From assembly GCF_018977255.1 (NCBI RefSeq), contig NW_024704743.1, positions 558,001 to 622,000 on the forward strand: a stretch of DNA of 64,000 nucleotides, read 5' to 3'. The notes below the pieces were generated by a model. It did no database searches. It saw only the letters and a list, made by a program, of their open reading frames with translations, and was not told where the DNA came from. A program made the position numbers and the translations under genes. Origin of the DNA: Callorhinchus milii (taxonomy: Eukaryota). Shown here in pieces: positions 38,799 to 51,334 of the stretch. The first letter of the stretch is position 1, and each line of letters opens with the position of its first letter.

Positions 38799-39975
38799 CC
38801 TGTAGCTCAGGGGTTAGACCCCTCACCCCCCACCCCACAGCCCCTGTAGCTCAGGGGTTAGACCCCTCACCCCCCACCCCACAGCCCCTGTAGCTCAGGG
38901 GTTAGACCCCTCCCCACACCCCACAGCCCCTGTAGCTCAGGGGTTAGACCCCTCCCCACACCCCACAGCCCCTGTAGCTCAGGGGTTAGACCCCTCCCCC
39001 CCACCCCACAGCCCCTGTAGCTCAGGGGTTAGACCCCTCCCCCCCACCCCACAGCCCCTGTAGCTCAGGGGTTAGACCCCTCCCCCCACCCCACAGCCCT
39101 GTAGCTCAGGGGTTAGACCCCTCACCCCCCCACCCCACAGCCCCTGTAGCTCAGGGGTTAGACCCCCCCTCGCACCCCACAGCCCCTGTAGCTCAGGGGT
39201 TAGACCCCTCCCCCCACCCCACAGCCCCTGTAGCTCAGGGGTTAGACCCCTCCCCCCCACCCCACAGCCCCTGTAGCTCAGGGGTTAGACCCCTCCCCCC
39301 CACCCCACAGCCCCTGTAGCTCAGGGGTTAGACCCCTCGCCCCCCACCCCACAGCCCCTGTAGCTCAGGGGTTAGACCCCTCCCTCCACCCCACAGCCCC
39401 TGTAGCTCAGGGGTTAGACCCCTCCTCGCACCCCACCCCACAGCCCCTGTAGCTCAGGGGTTAGACCCCTCCCCCCACCCCACAGCCCCTGTAGCTCAGG
39501 GGTTAGACCCCCCCTCACACCCCACAGCCCCTGTAGCTCAGGGGTTAGACCCCCCCCCACCCCACAGCCCCTGTAGCTCAGGGGTTAGACCCCTCCCCCC
39601 ACCCCACAGCCCCTGTAGCTCAGGGGTTAGACCCCTCCCCCCACCCCACAGCCCCTGTAGCTCAGGGGTTAGACCCCTCGCCCCCCACCCCACAGCCCCT
39701 GTAGCTCAGGGGTTAGACCCCTCGCCCCCCCACCCCCACAGCCCCTGTAGCTCAGGGGTTAGACCCCTCGCCCCCACCCCACAGCCCCTGTAGCTCAGGG
39801 GTTAGACCCCTCCCCCCACCCCACAGCCCCTGTAGCTCAGGGGTTAGACCCCTCCCCTCGCACCCCACAGCCCCTGTAGCTCAGGGGTTAGACCCCCCCT
39901 CGCACCCACAGCCCCTGTAGCTCAGGGGTTAGACCCCTCGCCCCCACCCCACAGCCCCTGTAGCTCAGGGGTTAG
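38799..39975 (+). repeat. ~43-bp minisatellite (cctgtagctcaggggttagacccctccccccaccccacagcc), ~27 copies
   Basis: Direct tandem repeats. The last unit continues as a SINE. Confidence 0.95.
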
Positions 39976-40415
39976 ACTCCTCGCCTCACAAGCGAGAGAA
40001 CCCGGGTTCGCTTCCCGGCAGAGTGAAACCTCTGGCAAAGTTTCTTCGCTCCCCCCCCCCCCCCCCCCACACACACGCCACCGTTTCCTTACGCCGCAAG
40101 TCCTGAGGTGCCGCCCTGCGTTGGAGAGCGCGACACAAGAGCGAGTCTTTATTGTTTGCCCAGTCGTTATTAACCCGGTCGTTAGTCGATTTGCGGGTCG
40201 CTTCTCCTCGGGGGTTAATAATACCTTAAAAAAAATAATAATTTCGTCGCTCAAACCCGCGGCTGTTTGCGGGGACGTCGCTGTGCGCAATCGGCTGCAA
40301 TCGTGTTTCCCTCGCAAAGCGTACGGTCAAATACAGCTCATAGTATATCCCGGGAAGAACTCCGAGGCGTCTGGAAGATCAGATAAGGCGCGACAGCAAA
40401 GGCAAAGATTATTAT
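39957..40415 (+). mobile_element. SINE family A copy at the end of the 43-bp array
   Basis: Head continuous with the array unit. Confidence 0.85.
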
Positions 40416-40574
40416 TGTCGTCGTTGTTGTCTGTTAAGAGACTGTGTTTGAGGTGAGGCTTCTACCTTCGAGGGGAGTGAAGCCGATCAGAATGTTCTTT
40501 GGAAACTAAGGAGAAAGGAGAGTCAAAGTTGATGATTAACTTGTGTCCAGTTCTTGGTGACTTAATAATTGGCC

Positions 40575-41301
40575 TTCTCTCCCCCCGTCTCTCCCCCCCT
40601 CCCTCTCCCCCTGTCTCTCCCCCTGTCTCTCCCCCCGTCTCTCCCCCCCTCCCTCTCCCCCTGTCTCTCCCCCCCTCCCTCTCCCCCTGTCTCTCCCCCC
40701 TCCCTCTCCCCCTGTCTCTCCCCCCTCCCTCTCCCCCTGTCTCTCCCCCCTCCCTCTCCCCTGTCTCTCCCCCCTCCCTCTCCCCCCGTCTCTCCCCCCT
40801 CCCTCTCCCCCTGTCTCTCCCACCGTCTCTCCCCCCTCCCTCTCCCCCCCTCCCTCTCCCCTGTCTCTCCCCCCTCCCTCTCCCCTGTCTCTCCCCCCTC
40901 CCTCTCCCCCTGTCTCTCCCCCCTCCCTCTCCCCCTGTCTCTCCCCCCTCCCTCTCCCCCTGTCTCTCCCCCTCCCTCTCCCCCTGTCTCTCCCCCCTCC
41001 CTCTCCCCCTGTCTCTCCCCCCTCCCTCTCCCCCTGTCTCTCCCCCCTCCCTCTCCCCCTGTCTCTCCCCCCTCCCTCTCCCCCTGTCTCTCCCCCCCTC
41101 CCTCTCCCCCCTCCCTCTCCCCCTCTCCCCCCTCCCTCCCCCTCTCTCTCCCCCTCCCTCTCCCCCTGTCTCTCCCCCCTCCCTCTCCCCCTGTCTCTCC
41201 CCCCTCCCTCTCCCCCTGTCTCTCCCCCCCTCCCTCTCCCCCCCTCCTCTCCCCCTGTCTCTCCCCCCTCCCTCTCCCCCTGTCTCTCCCCCCTCCCTCT
41301 C

Positions 41302-41335
<34 letters not shown>
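40575..41335 (+). repeat. Polypyrimidine minisatellite (~25 bp, ccccctgtctctcccccctccctct)
   Basis: Tandem low-complexity units ending in (CT)n. Confidence 0.95.
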
Positions 41336-41338
<3 letters not shown>

Positions 41339-41516
41339 CCAACCTCCGCCCCCAAATTTTCAGGCTTAGTGTATGAAATGCCAATTTTTTTGTGTGTGTG
41401 TTATTCCAAATTATTTTAGGTCTCTCTTTCTCTCTCCCTCTCTCTCTCTCTCTCTCTCCCCCACCCCCTTCGCCCACATAGGAAATGTGGAAATATTAAC
41501 CGGTTGGGCCTCTGGA

Positions 41517-41548
<32 letters not shown>

Positions 41549-42945
41549 TTAGATATCAAACCCGCAGCGTGTGGAGCCCGAGCTGCATTCCTTCCCCTCC
41601 CTAACTGAGACAACTGTCCCTGGAGCTCAGTGGTTAGAGCCCTCACCTCCCGAGCGAGAGGACCTGCGTTCGATTCCCGGGCGAGGAGGGGAGGGTGGGG
41701 GGGGGGGATCTTACCCAAGTTTCCTTCCTCCACACGCACTCGCGCCGCTGTTTACTCAGCAGCAGTAAGAAAGAACCCAGTTGTTAGTCGATTGGGCGAT
41801 GGCTTTTCTGGGGGTAATCATTGCTTCAAAGGGATATTGTTCGGTGACTCATTTCGCTCAGAGAATACACAGTCGCGTGAATTACACAATCGCTTTACGG
41901 TCTGTTCTGTGAAGCGCTTTGAGCCGTCTCAAAGACTGCGATAAGGCGCTTTATTAACTGCAAGGATTATTATTATTATTAATTATTATTCCGCAGCTCC
42001 GTTTTGACGCTATAACCATCCTTGCATCTGATAACAGCGCCTTATCACGTCGATGAGCGCTGAACCGTGAAGTGCAGTGACTTTTTTTTTGTGGGCGAGT
42101 TGCGTGTGTCTCACAAACAGCCGCGGAAATGATCTCCGACAATGCAATACCCCCCCACCCCCCCCCCCGCACCCCCCCCACGTACGACTCCCAAGTCCTG
42201 ACGTGGGGGGCTTGAACCCACGAAACCTTCTGACTCCGAGGCGAGAGAGAGAGGGAGAGAGAGAGAGAGAGAGCGAGCGCTACCCATTGGGTTTCTGATT
42301 TTCCTTCTCAGTTGAAGCCTTCTGGCAAATTAACATTAATCATCAATTTGGTCCAAAACGGGTGAGTTTCTACCGCGATGAGAGGGAGGGAGGGAGAGCG
42401 AGAGAGCGAGCGAGAGAGAGCGAGAGAGAGCGCGAGAGAGCGAGAGAGAGAGAGAGCGAGAGAGAGCGAGAGAAGGCCAACTCCTGTCACCAGAGGGGAG
42501 TTTTCAAACCAACTTGTGTACATAACTGAATGCCGGGAACGTTTCGCTGCTTCGCTTCACCCAGTGAGTGAGGCACCTCGTCTAACAACCTTTGTACTCG
42601 GCAATGGCGTTGCTGTGGTTACAGAGCCCTATTTAATATTCCGGCCAAACCACAGGGACCACCCAACCCCCCCCCCCCCCCCCCCACATCCTCCTCCTCC
42701 TCCTCCTCCTCACGAGGTCCTCACGAGGTGACAAAAACTCTCAGCCGATTCCCGCTGGAGCTGCGTGATGGTCATTTTTTTGGGGGTGTCGGCCGGTCGG
42801 GTGTCTGTCACACGCACGGAAACCCGTCACCGTCGCTTAAGAGTCTCCAAACCTCAGCGGAGAATTCCCCGCCTCCCCCCCTCCACCTGGAAATCCCAGA
42901 GATAGGTCGTTGGAACGGAATGCGCTCTCTCACTCCCTCTCTCTC

Positions 42946-42981
<36 letters not shown>

Positions 42982-43940
42982 GACGCTCCCCGTACACCTA
43001 ATCCCGGTTGGCGAGAGCCACGGCTTTGTGGGGCCATGAGGTGATCAGCAACTTTATCTGGAGGATAAAGATCTTTATCTTCCCCTTTAACGTCCACCTG
43101 AATCAGTTTATTAATAATAATAATAATTAATATTCGCTGCACGTGACGTAGCGCCTCCTCACGCTGTTCAGCCGTCCCAAAGCTCTTCAGTGACGTGACT
43201 TTGACTGTATATTTTGTGGGCGATAACTAATTTTCGCGCAGCAGCGTCCCCGCAGACACACGTGGAATTTTTTTTGGGGTGGGGGTGGCGGGAGGGAAAA
43301 GCGATCGGACAATCGACTAAACAACCGGGTTCCTACTCGCTGCTGAGTCAGCAGAGGCGCGTGTGAGCGCGTGGAGTAAGGAGAGTTGCCCAAGGTCTCG
43401 CCCACCCCCCCCCCACCCCCCACCCCCCGCCCGGGAATTGAACCCGGGGTCCTCTCGCTCGCGATGGCGGTGGGGGAGCGTGAGTGAGGCTGGACCATGA
43501 TCTGAAAACTCCCCACTCGCTCGAACCCACGGGATTCTGACCCGGAGGTTGAGGGCACGAGAGGCTGAGACGTCCTTCCACCTGCAATCCTTGTCGTCTC
43601 TCAGCGCCAACTCTCGGGGATTGACCGCGAGTGGCGGAGCCCCAGAGGGAGATCGGTTGCTAACCAGAGGCACAAAGCTCCTCTTGGTGACCAGGTCTAA
43701 GGCAACAGTCGCTGAGCCAATCCCTCTGGGCTTAACGCCAGATTGGAAGGAAGGAGCAGGTTTGTAAATACAGAGACATTCAATCAGGCGCTGAACAATG
43801 GGAACCTCTCCATATTGTTCTTAAATACATCCTCCCGCGCGCTACAGAAAGGCCTCAGAGGAACAAACTCGACTTCAGCCTCAACTGTTTGCTTCATGAG
43901 TTGCCAGACTTTGGTTTTAAACACACACACACACACACAC

Positions 43941-44746
43941 CGGAAACCCGTCACCGTGACCGGCCGGGTGTCTGACACACAGGGAAACCCGTCACCGTGA
44001 CCGGCCGGGTGTCGGACACACAGGGAAACCCGTCACCGTGACCGGCCGGGTGTCTGATGCGCACGGAAACCCGTCACTGTGACCCGTCGGGTGTCTGACA
44101 CCCACGGAAACCCGTCACCGTGACCGGTCGGGTGTCTGACACCCACGGAAACCCGTCACCGTGACCGGTCGGGTGTCTGACACCCACGGAAACCCGTCAC
44201 CGTGACCGGTCGGGTGTCTGACACCCACGGAAACCCGTCACCGTGACCGACCGCGTGTCGGACACACACAGAAACCCATCACCGTGACCGGCCGGGGGTC
44301 TGACACACACACACGGAAACCCGTCACCATGACCGGCCGGGTGTCTGACACACACGGAAACCCGTCACCGTGACCGGCCGGGGGTCTGACACACACACAC
44401 GGAAACCCGTCACCGTGACCGGCCGGGTGTCGGACACACACGGAAACCCGTCACCGTGACCGGCCGCGTGTCGGACACACACAGAAACCCGTCACCGTGA
44501 CCGGTCGGGTGTCTGACACACACGGAAACCCGTCAACGTGACCGACCGCGTGTCGGACACACACAGAAACCCGTCACCGTGATCGGTCGGGTGTCTGACA
44601 CACACGGAAACCCATCACCGTGACCGGTCGGGTGTCTGACACACACGGAAACCCATCACCGTGACCGGCCGGGGGTCTGACACACACGGAAACCCGTCAC
44701 CGTGACCGGCCGGGTGTCGGACACGCACACGCGGAAACCCATCACC
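43941..44746 (+). repeat. ~41-bp minisatellite (cggaaacccgtcaccgtgaccggccgggtgtctgacacaca), ~20 copies
   Basis: Direct tandem repeats without spacers. Confidence 0.95.
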
Positions 44747-44800
44747 ATTGGATTTGTGAGAACCAGGAAATAAAATGATGAAGTAAAGCCGGAGGATGAG

Positions 44801-44837
<37 letters not shown>

Positions 44838-45234
44838 GAGAAGAAAGAGAATGAGAAGAGAATGAGATGCCCGAAACTGGTAACTGGGCCTTTTGTAAAG
44901 TGTGCGAAGAAGGAGGTGGGAGTGACTCTTTGATGACAGTGTTCCTCCCATCTCCATCGGATTACTCAGAACCTCGTCACTCGTGTTCCTGTGCACAACA
45001 CTGCAATGCCACGTTTACTCCCAAAACGCGCAGTCACTCACTGCCCGAGCAGTCGCAGTATGGTAATAATCCTTAATGCTAATTATTATTAATAATAATA
45101 AACCCAGCGCCTCGCCAGGTCATTGAGATGTCTCAAAGCGCTTCACCGAATAGATTGTAAAGTGTAGTGACTGTATAATTTGTGGGCGAAACGGGTCTCA
45201 ATCGACTAACAACCGACTGTTGGCAAACGGAGGC

Positions 45235-45401
45235 GTGTGTCTGTGTGTGTGCGTCTGTGTGTGTGTCTGTGTGTGTGTGCGTGTGTCTGTGTGTGTGTCT
45301 GTGTGTGTGTGCGTGTGTCTGTGTGTGTCTGTGTGTGTGTGCATGTGTCTGTGTGTGTGCGTGTCTGTGTGCGTGTGTCTGTGTGTGTCTGTGTGTGTGT
45401 G

Positions 45402-45436
<35 letters not shown>

Positions 45437-45498
45437 CTGTGTGCGTGTGTCTGTGTGCGTGTGTCTGTGTGTGTCTGTCTGTGTGTGTGTGTGTGTGT
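45235..45498 (+). repeat. Imperfect (TG)n microsatellite inside a SINE
   Basis: Flanked by contiguous SINE sequence on both sides. Confidence 0.95.
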
Positions 45499-46334
45499 GG
45501 AGTAAGGAAACTTGCCTGAGGTTTCTCTCCGCCCGGGAATCGAACCCGTGGTCCTCTCGCGTGCGAGGGAGTGCTCTGACCACCGAGCTACAGGACGCCA
45601 CGTAGCAGGGATGGGGTGGCGGGGGGGGGATGAGTCTGAGCTCGCTGTGAAGTGTAGTGACTGCGTATTTTGTGGGCGAGATTCAAACCATTTGAGAGCG
45701 TCTGATGTTACCTCCGCTGTGGATCAGGTGAAAGAATTCTCTAGGGATAAACTGGCCTCGTTGACCGCCTTGTATGATGATAATAGTCCTTTCACGTCTG
45801 GAGGACGTCTCGAAGAGCTTCACAGGAGATGGTGCAGAGTGTAGTGACTGTGGGTGTTACGGGTGAACTCAGCATGGATTTTATCGGGGGGCCAGGACAC
45901 CGGGAGAGAGAGCGAGAGAGCGGGAGAGCAACTCCCGACACTGCTTAAAAGAACCGATTTACGGTTTCCTTCAGTGCTTTCCTGACGCTGATTAACTCGA
46001 GGAACGAGGCAACACCCGCAGATGAATCAGGAGTGATTCTGGCGTCTGATTAATAACGAATTATTAATCATTCTAATAATGAATCCGTGGGCGCAAAACG
46101 GGGCAGTCAGTTTTTCGGAAAGCGGTGCCCCAACAAACGGCCACCGGAGCGGGCGACGAATTTTTTCGGGGGGAGATTGTCATCCAGGAACCCAGGGAAG
46201 GAAGAGAGAGAGAGAGAGAGAGAAAATCCCTTCTCTTTTCCTATAGAGTCGCGGGATCTTTAACGTCCACCGGAATAGGGAGAAGGTACTTTAACGGCCA
46301 AGGTCTCAGACCAAGGTCTCAGCTTAGACCTTAG

Positions 46335-46372
<38 letters not shown>

Positions 46373-46647
46373 CACTGCACTGACCCCAAAAGACTCTAAC
46401 ATTGGAATTTGGGGGTTTGAGTTGGTTTTACCCATAGGTGGGGGTGTGTATGTGTGGGGGGTGGCGGCGGCGGTGGGGGTGGGGGAGGAAAGGAGGGGTA
46501 AGAAAGGGGGTGGGATGGGCAGGTGGTGCTGATGAGGGAACACAGTCCGGGGGGGGGGGGGGGACAAGAATTCAATCCTTGGTTAAGAGGTTCTTTGGAA
46601 CGTTTGAGTTCTTGTCCCCCGTCACCACCATAACTCCGGCCGTTGGT

Positions 46648-47001
46648 CGTCTCAAAGCGCTTCACACGGGACGCGCGGCAAAGTGTGGTGACTGTGTAAT
46701 TTGCGGGCCAAACGCGGGCAGCCAATCGCCCAGAGCAGTGTCTCCCCCCCCCACCCCCAACCCCCCCGGAATCAAGCGACCAAATTATTATTATTACTTT
46801 TTGGGTGGGATTATTAACCCCTCGAAAGCGATCCCCCAATAGACTAACAGCCGGGTTCCTACTGACTGCCGGTAAACAGAGGTGTGTGTGTGTGTGTGTG
46901 GAGTGAGGAAACTCGCCCAATGTTTCGGTCCCCCGCCCGGGCATCGTACCCGGGGTCCTCTCCCTCGCGAGGCGAGCGCTCCAACCGCTGGGCTACGGGA
47001 C
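46648..47001 (-). mobile_element. SINE family A copy
   Basis: Reverse-complement match to the other copies. Confidence 0.85.
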
Positions 47002-47785
47002 GGCTCGTCACCGCGTGCGTCCAGCTGGTGGAGCGCTCGGTTTACAGGCCGCGCCTCACGGGAGTGCCGGGCGAGTCATGTTTTTCCGCTGAGGAATTCT
47101 CTGTGAGGTGGAGCTGGAACCAGAAGAGGAAAAAATCACTCTTGCGAGTCGGAGTCCGGGCTGGTTTCCCGCGACCCGCAGCTGGGAAACATTACCTATT
47201 GGCTCCGAAACGTTCTTATATATGTATTATACTTTTTTTTTTTGATGGTTGTCGTTAATTTCGCCCCCGAAATACGCAGCCGACCCTCGTCCGCTTCCGT
47301 GGAGCGCCTCGAGACATCCCGTGAACGCGGTAATAAGGCGCGGTCTCGAAGGTAAGGGTTATCGCGTCTTTATTGACAGTGAGAACGGCCGCCGCATCTG
47401 ATAAGACGCCTTTCACGTCTGGGGAGGGGCCACGTCTGTCCCGCGGGGTTTCGCTGGGGAAGAGTAGTGACTGTGTCAGCGCTCCGAGACGCAGCGCGGT
47501 GAGCTGTCGTTGTTGTGTGCACCGTCAGACCCATCCGACTGACCCCCTCCACCCCCCACCCCACCCGAAAAAAAAGTATTCTGTAGGCGGGCAGTCAGTT
47601 TGCTCACAGCGACATCCGAACAATGTTTTTCCCCCCAACTCCTCCCCCAACTTCCCCCCTCACTCCAATCCTTCCCCCTCTTTTTTTTTGGCTTTCCTTC
47701 CCCCCTTTCGCCAAATTCTTTCCTTCCTCTTTTCCATATCTGTCGTTCGTTCCTCTCCGCTCTCCTTCCATTAGTTTCTATTTTC

Positions 47786-47816
<31 letters not shown>

Positions 47817-47817
47817 A

Positions 47818-48110
47818 GTCTCCCTCTCTCCCTCTGAGTCAGAAGGTTGTGGGTTCAAGCCCCAAAGTCGGGACATGGAATCGCACGGTCTACGCTGAGG
47901 CTCCAACGCAGCGCTGGGGCGGGTGGTGGGGTGAGTGGGGGGTGGGGGGGGGGTGGGGGGTGTCGCATTGTCGGAGAGCCGTCCTTCGGATGAGATATTA
48001 AACCCAGGTCCTGTCTGCGTCCTGTTCAGGTGGACGTTAAACATCACGTGGCGCTATGCGAAAAGAGGAAGGAATTTTCTCTCCCTGCGTCCTGCCCGAC
48101 AATCCCGTTT
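47818..48110 (+). mobile_element. Second tRNA-derived SINE family (ctctgagtcagaaggttgtgggttcaagccc head)
   Basis: Related pieces at ~7655, 10655, 25880, 52020, 60630 and 63700. Resembles shark Deu-type SINEs (inference). Confidence 0.65.
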
Positions 48111-48151
48111 TCTTTCCATCCCTTTCTCTGTGTCTCCCCCACACCCTCACT

Positions 48152-48189
<38 letters not shown>

Positions 48190-48972
48190 TCTCTCTCCCT
48201 CTCTCCCTCTTTCTCTTTGGGTTGAAAGCTCTGGAGCGTTGTTGTGAGAGAGAGAGAGAGTCAGACTGAGCTGTGGGTCAGAGTGACATTCTCCGAGAAG
48301 CGTTGGCAGCTTTGAGGAGCGCCGCAGTGGGGAGGGGTGGGGGCCCGGAGCCACGGGGAGAAGGACACAAGGTCAGAGTTCAGATCCGAAAGGTGCCTTT
48401 CAAATATAACTTGTTGTTGTTGTTGTTGTTATCTCTACTGGTTCCTCGTAGTACCCTGTAGCACGTCAGCCTCTGAAGGTCCTATCAGCCGTATCCATCC
48501 ACAGCCTCCGATCAGATTGAATCAAAATCCCCGGTTGGGAAAATGTAATATTTTCCGGTGGAAACCTGGAACTCTCCCCCGTGGCCCCCCCCCCCCCCCC
48601 CCCCCCCCCACCCCAAAGGCTGTGGATCCAAGGCTTCAAGGCTGAGGTGGATAGATGTTTGTTAGGTCGGGGGATCAAGGGATATGGGGCAAAGGCGGGT
48701 AATTGGACTTGAGGTACAGATCAGCCGTGGTTTATGGAATGGCGGGAAACAGGCTCGAGGGGCTGAATGGCCTCCTCCTGTTGCTATCTTCCTGTTGTTG
48801 GGGTGATGACGTCCCGTGGGGGAATATATTGGTCCCTTTACTCCACGACGACTGGGGGTGGGGTGGGGGGGGGGTGTGGGTGGGGGGACACTCCTGTCCG
48901 CTTGACAGCGCATACCGCGAAGGGCTTCGAGACGTCTCGAGGATTGTTACGGTCATTCGTATAATTCCGACA

Positions 48973-49046
48973 GCGAGCGGGGAGCGGGGAGCGGGGAGCG
49001 GGGAGCGGGGAGCGGGGAGCGGGGAGCGGGGAGCGGGGAGCGGGGA
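48973..49046 (+). repeat. (GCGGGGA)n 7-bp tandem repeat
   Basis: About 10 copies. Confidence 0.9.
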
Positions 49047-51011
49047 GGGGTAGAGGGGAGGGGAGGGCAGGAGGGGGGGAGTCTGCTCCGACTGCTCATC
49101 CGGTTTAACTTCATTGTTTGGAGTTTTGCGGCGTCGGCAGCACAGTAACAGGAGGGCGAGGATTGAGACACACAATGCACAGCAGCCACCACCCTTAGCT
49201 GCTGGGCACGGAGCCACCTCCTCCGCTCCTCTTCGCGGAGCCCCGTACTCGCACGAGTTGGGAGGACCCGGGTTCGATTCCCGGGCGAGCGGGGAGGAAC
49301 TCCGCGCGAGTTTCCGCAAACGCGCGCGCGCACACGCACACGCGCACACGCACACACACACAAGGCTCTGTTCACCCAGCAGTGAGTAGGAATCCAGTCG
49401 TTAGTTTTCCTGGAGGGGGTAATAATAATCCCTTCATCCCCGTCCCCCACCACCAAAAAAACCTGCCGCGTTTCGCCCCACAAAATACACGCAGTCGTTC
49501 CACTTGGGGAGGGGGATGTCTCGACGGAACCCGATAAGGCCCTCCCATCAAACGCAAGGTGGGGAGGGAGAGAGTGCGGGGGGTGAAGGAGAAAAAAAGG
49601 GAGGGTGGGGTAGGGTGGGGTGGGGGTTGGGGGGGGGATGGGTGGGGGAGAATTTACGGCCCCACAAAAAATTCCATTGTCACAACAAAATGACATTCCA
49701 GCAATTGCGGTCGGATGTGTCACCGGTTTGTCTGTTGGATCAACAAAAAGCTCGAATCCCAATGCATTTGGGGTCAATGTCAATTCCCTCCCTCCCCCCC
49801 CCCCCCCACCACCACCCCCATCCCATCTCCCTCGCCACCCCCACCCCCCCCACACATCTCTCTTCCCCTCCCACTCTCCCCCCGCACCGCCCCCCCCCCG
49901 TACCCCCCCTTTCCTCTCCCCGCTACGCCTCAAAGGGAGATTTCGCTGATTTTCTCTCTCTCTCTCTCTCTCTCTTCTGCGAATAACATGTTAAACCGGT
50001 CACGGTCACCTGTCGACCCCTCCACCGCACCCGTGAGGGTTTCAGGCCACGTGGAGAGCTCGAGTTTGGTCTGAGACTAATCTGACGGAGGTGATTGAAG
50101 TAACGAGCGGCGGATGATTTCCGAGGGCACTTCACTCGCTGGGGTTTAAAACGGTCCGTGTAGAGGTTCCCCGAGAGCGAGCAATTAACTAGAAGGGTTC
50201 TGACGATTATAAAGAGAATCTGCAACGGGTTCCCGAGAGTCAAACGAGGCCCTAATCTTTTCAGAGGGATTGGATCACGGTTCATTGCTGAGCCCTGAAG
50301 CTCAGTGGTCAGAGAGTTCTCGCGCCTCTGGTTCCTCAGCGTTAAGTAGGAACCCGGTTGGTAGTCGATTGGCGGATCGCTTCCCAGGGGCAGTAATCCC
50401 TCGGAAAGAAATAACAAGTAATAACATGGTCGCTCAATCCACGGCTGTGTGTGTGGGGACGTCGCCGCGCGCAATTGGCTGCCGAGTTTCGCCCGCAAAG
50501 CGCACGGTCAATTCACTGTACGGCGGAGCCCGTGAAGGGGTTCGAAGGAGGAATTTTCGGAGATTGGCTTCTCGGGTCCCCAAATCGAAGACGGTTCGAG
50601 AATTCCTCGACGTTTGTTGCCGCCGCGATATCAAATGCAACGATTATTATTATTGTTGTTGTTGTTGTTGTTGTTATTAAGTGGGGTGCACGCTCCGGGA
50701 GAGAGAGATACAGAGCGCACACTCCATTCCTGACGCAGGGAGATTGCCGGAGGGGTGGGGGGGGGCTCAGGCGGAACTTGGAGGCTTTTAAACGCGGGGA
50801 CGGGTTTCGATGAGCGTCAAATACGACCGAGAGACCGGAGGAACAGCTGAGGGACACGTTTCCTACGACGCCGGTATGTTAAGATTCCTGAAATTCCTCT
50901 GGCGGTTCACACCCCCTGAAACTCACCGTCTCTCTCTCTCTCTTTCTCTTTCTCTCTCTCTCTCTCTCTCCCTCTCTCTCTCTCTCTCTCGCTGCGTTCA
51001 GCTGCTGCGCA

Positions 51012-51334
51012 ATAATAATAATAATAATCCTCGCATTTGATATAGCGCTTTTCACGTCGGGAGGACGTCCCAAAGCGCTTCACAGAACACACTGTAAAGT
51101 GAATTGACTGTATATTTGTGGGCGAACGCGGCAGCCAATTGTGCACAGCAATGTCCCACAAACAGTCGTGGATTGAAAATGACCAATTTATTATTGTTTT
51201 TGGTTTTGGAGGGATTATTATTAGGCTCTGTGTGGAGTAAGGAAACTTGCCCGAGGTTTCGCCCTCTGCCTGGAATTGAACTCAGGTCTCTCACTTGCAT
51301 AGCGAGTGCTCTAACCACTGAGCTACAGGACTCC
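51012..51334 (-). mobile_element. SINE family A copy
   Basis: Reverse-complement match to the other copies. Confidence 0.85.

Noticed and set aside
38799..39975. tRNA gene cluster or CRISPR array
   Set aside because: Units hold only the A-box/D-arm portion, and variation is limited to C-run length.
40462..41477. 266-313 aa ORFs on both strands (RG-rich, PSL-rich)
   Set aside because: Translations of a stop-free polypyrimidine minisatellite.
43941..44746. CRISPR-like array of palindromic ~41-bp repeats
   Set aside because: No unique spacers and no cas genes, in a vertebrate context. It is a minisatellite.
45182..45605. Cys/Val-rich and His/Thr-rich ORFs
   Set aside because: Translations of (TG)n. 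The same applies to 62737-63093.
48732..49933. 209 and 326 aa - strand ORFs
   Set aside because: They run through a SINE, G-runs and a 7-bp repeat, with no recognisable domain.
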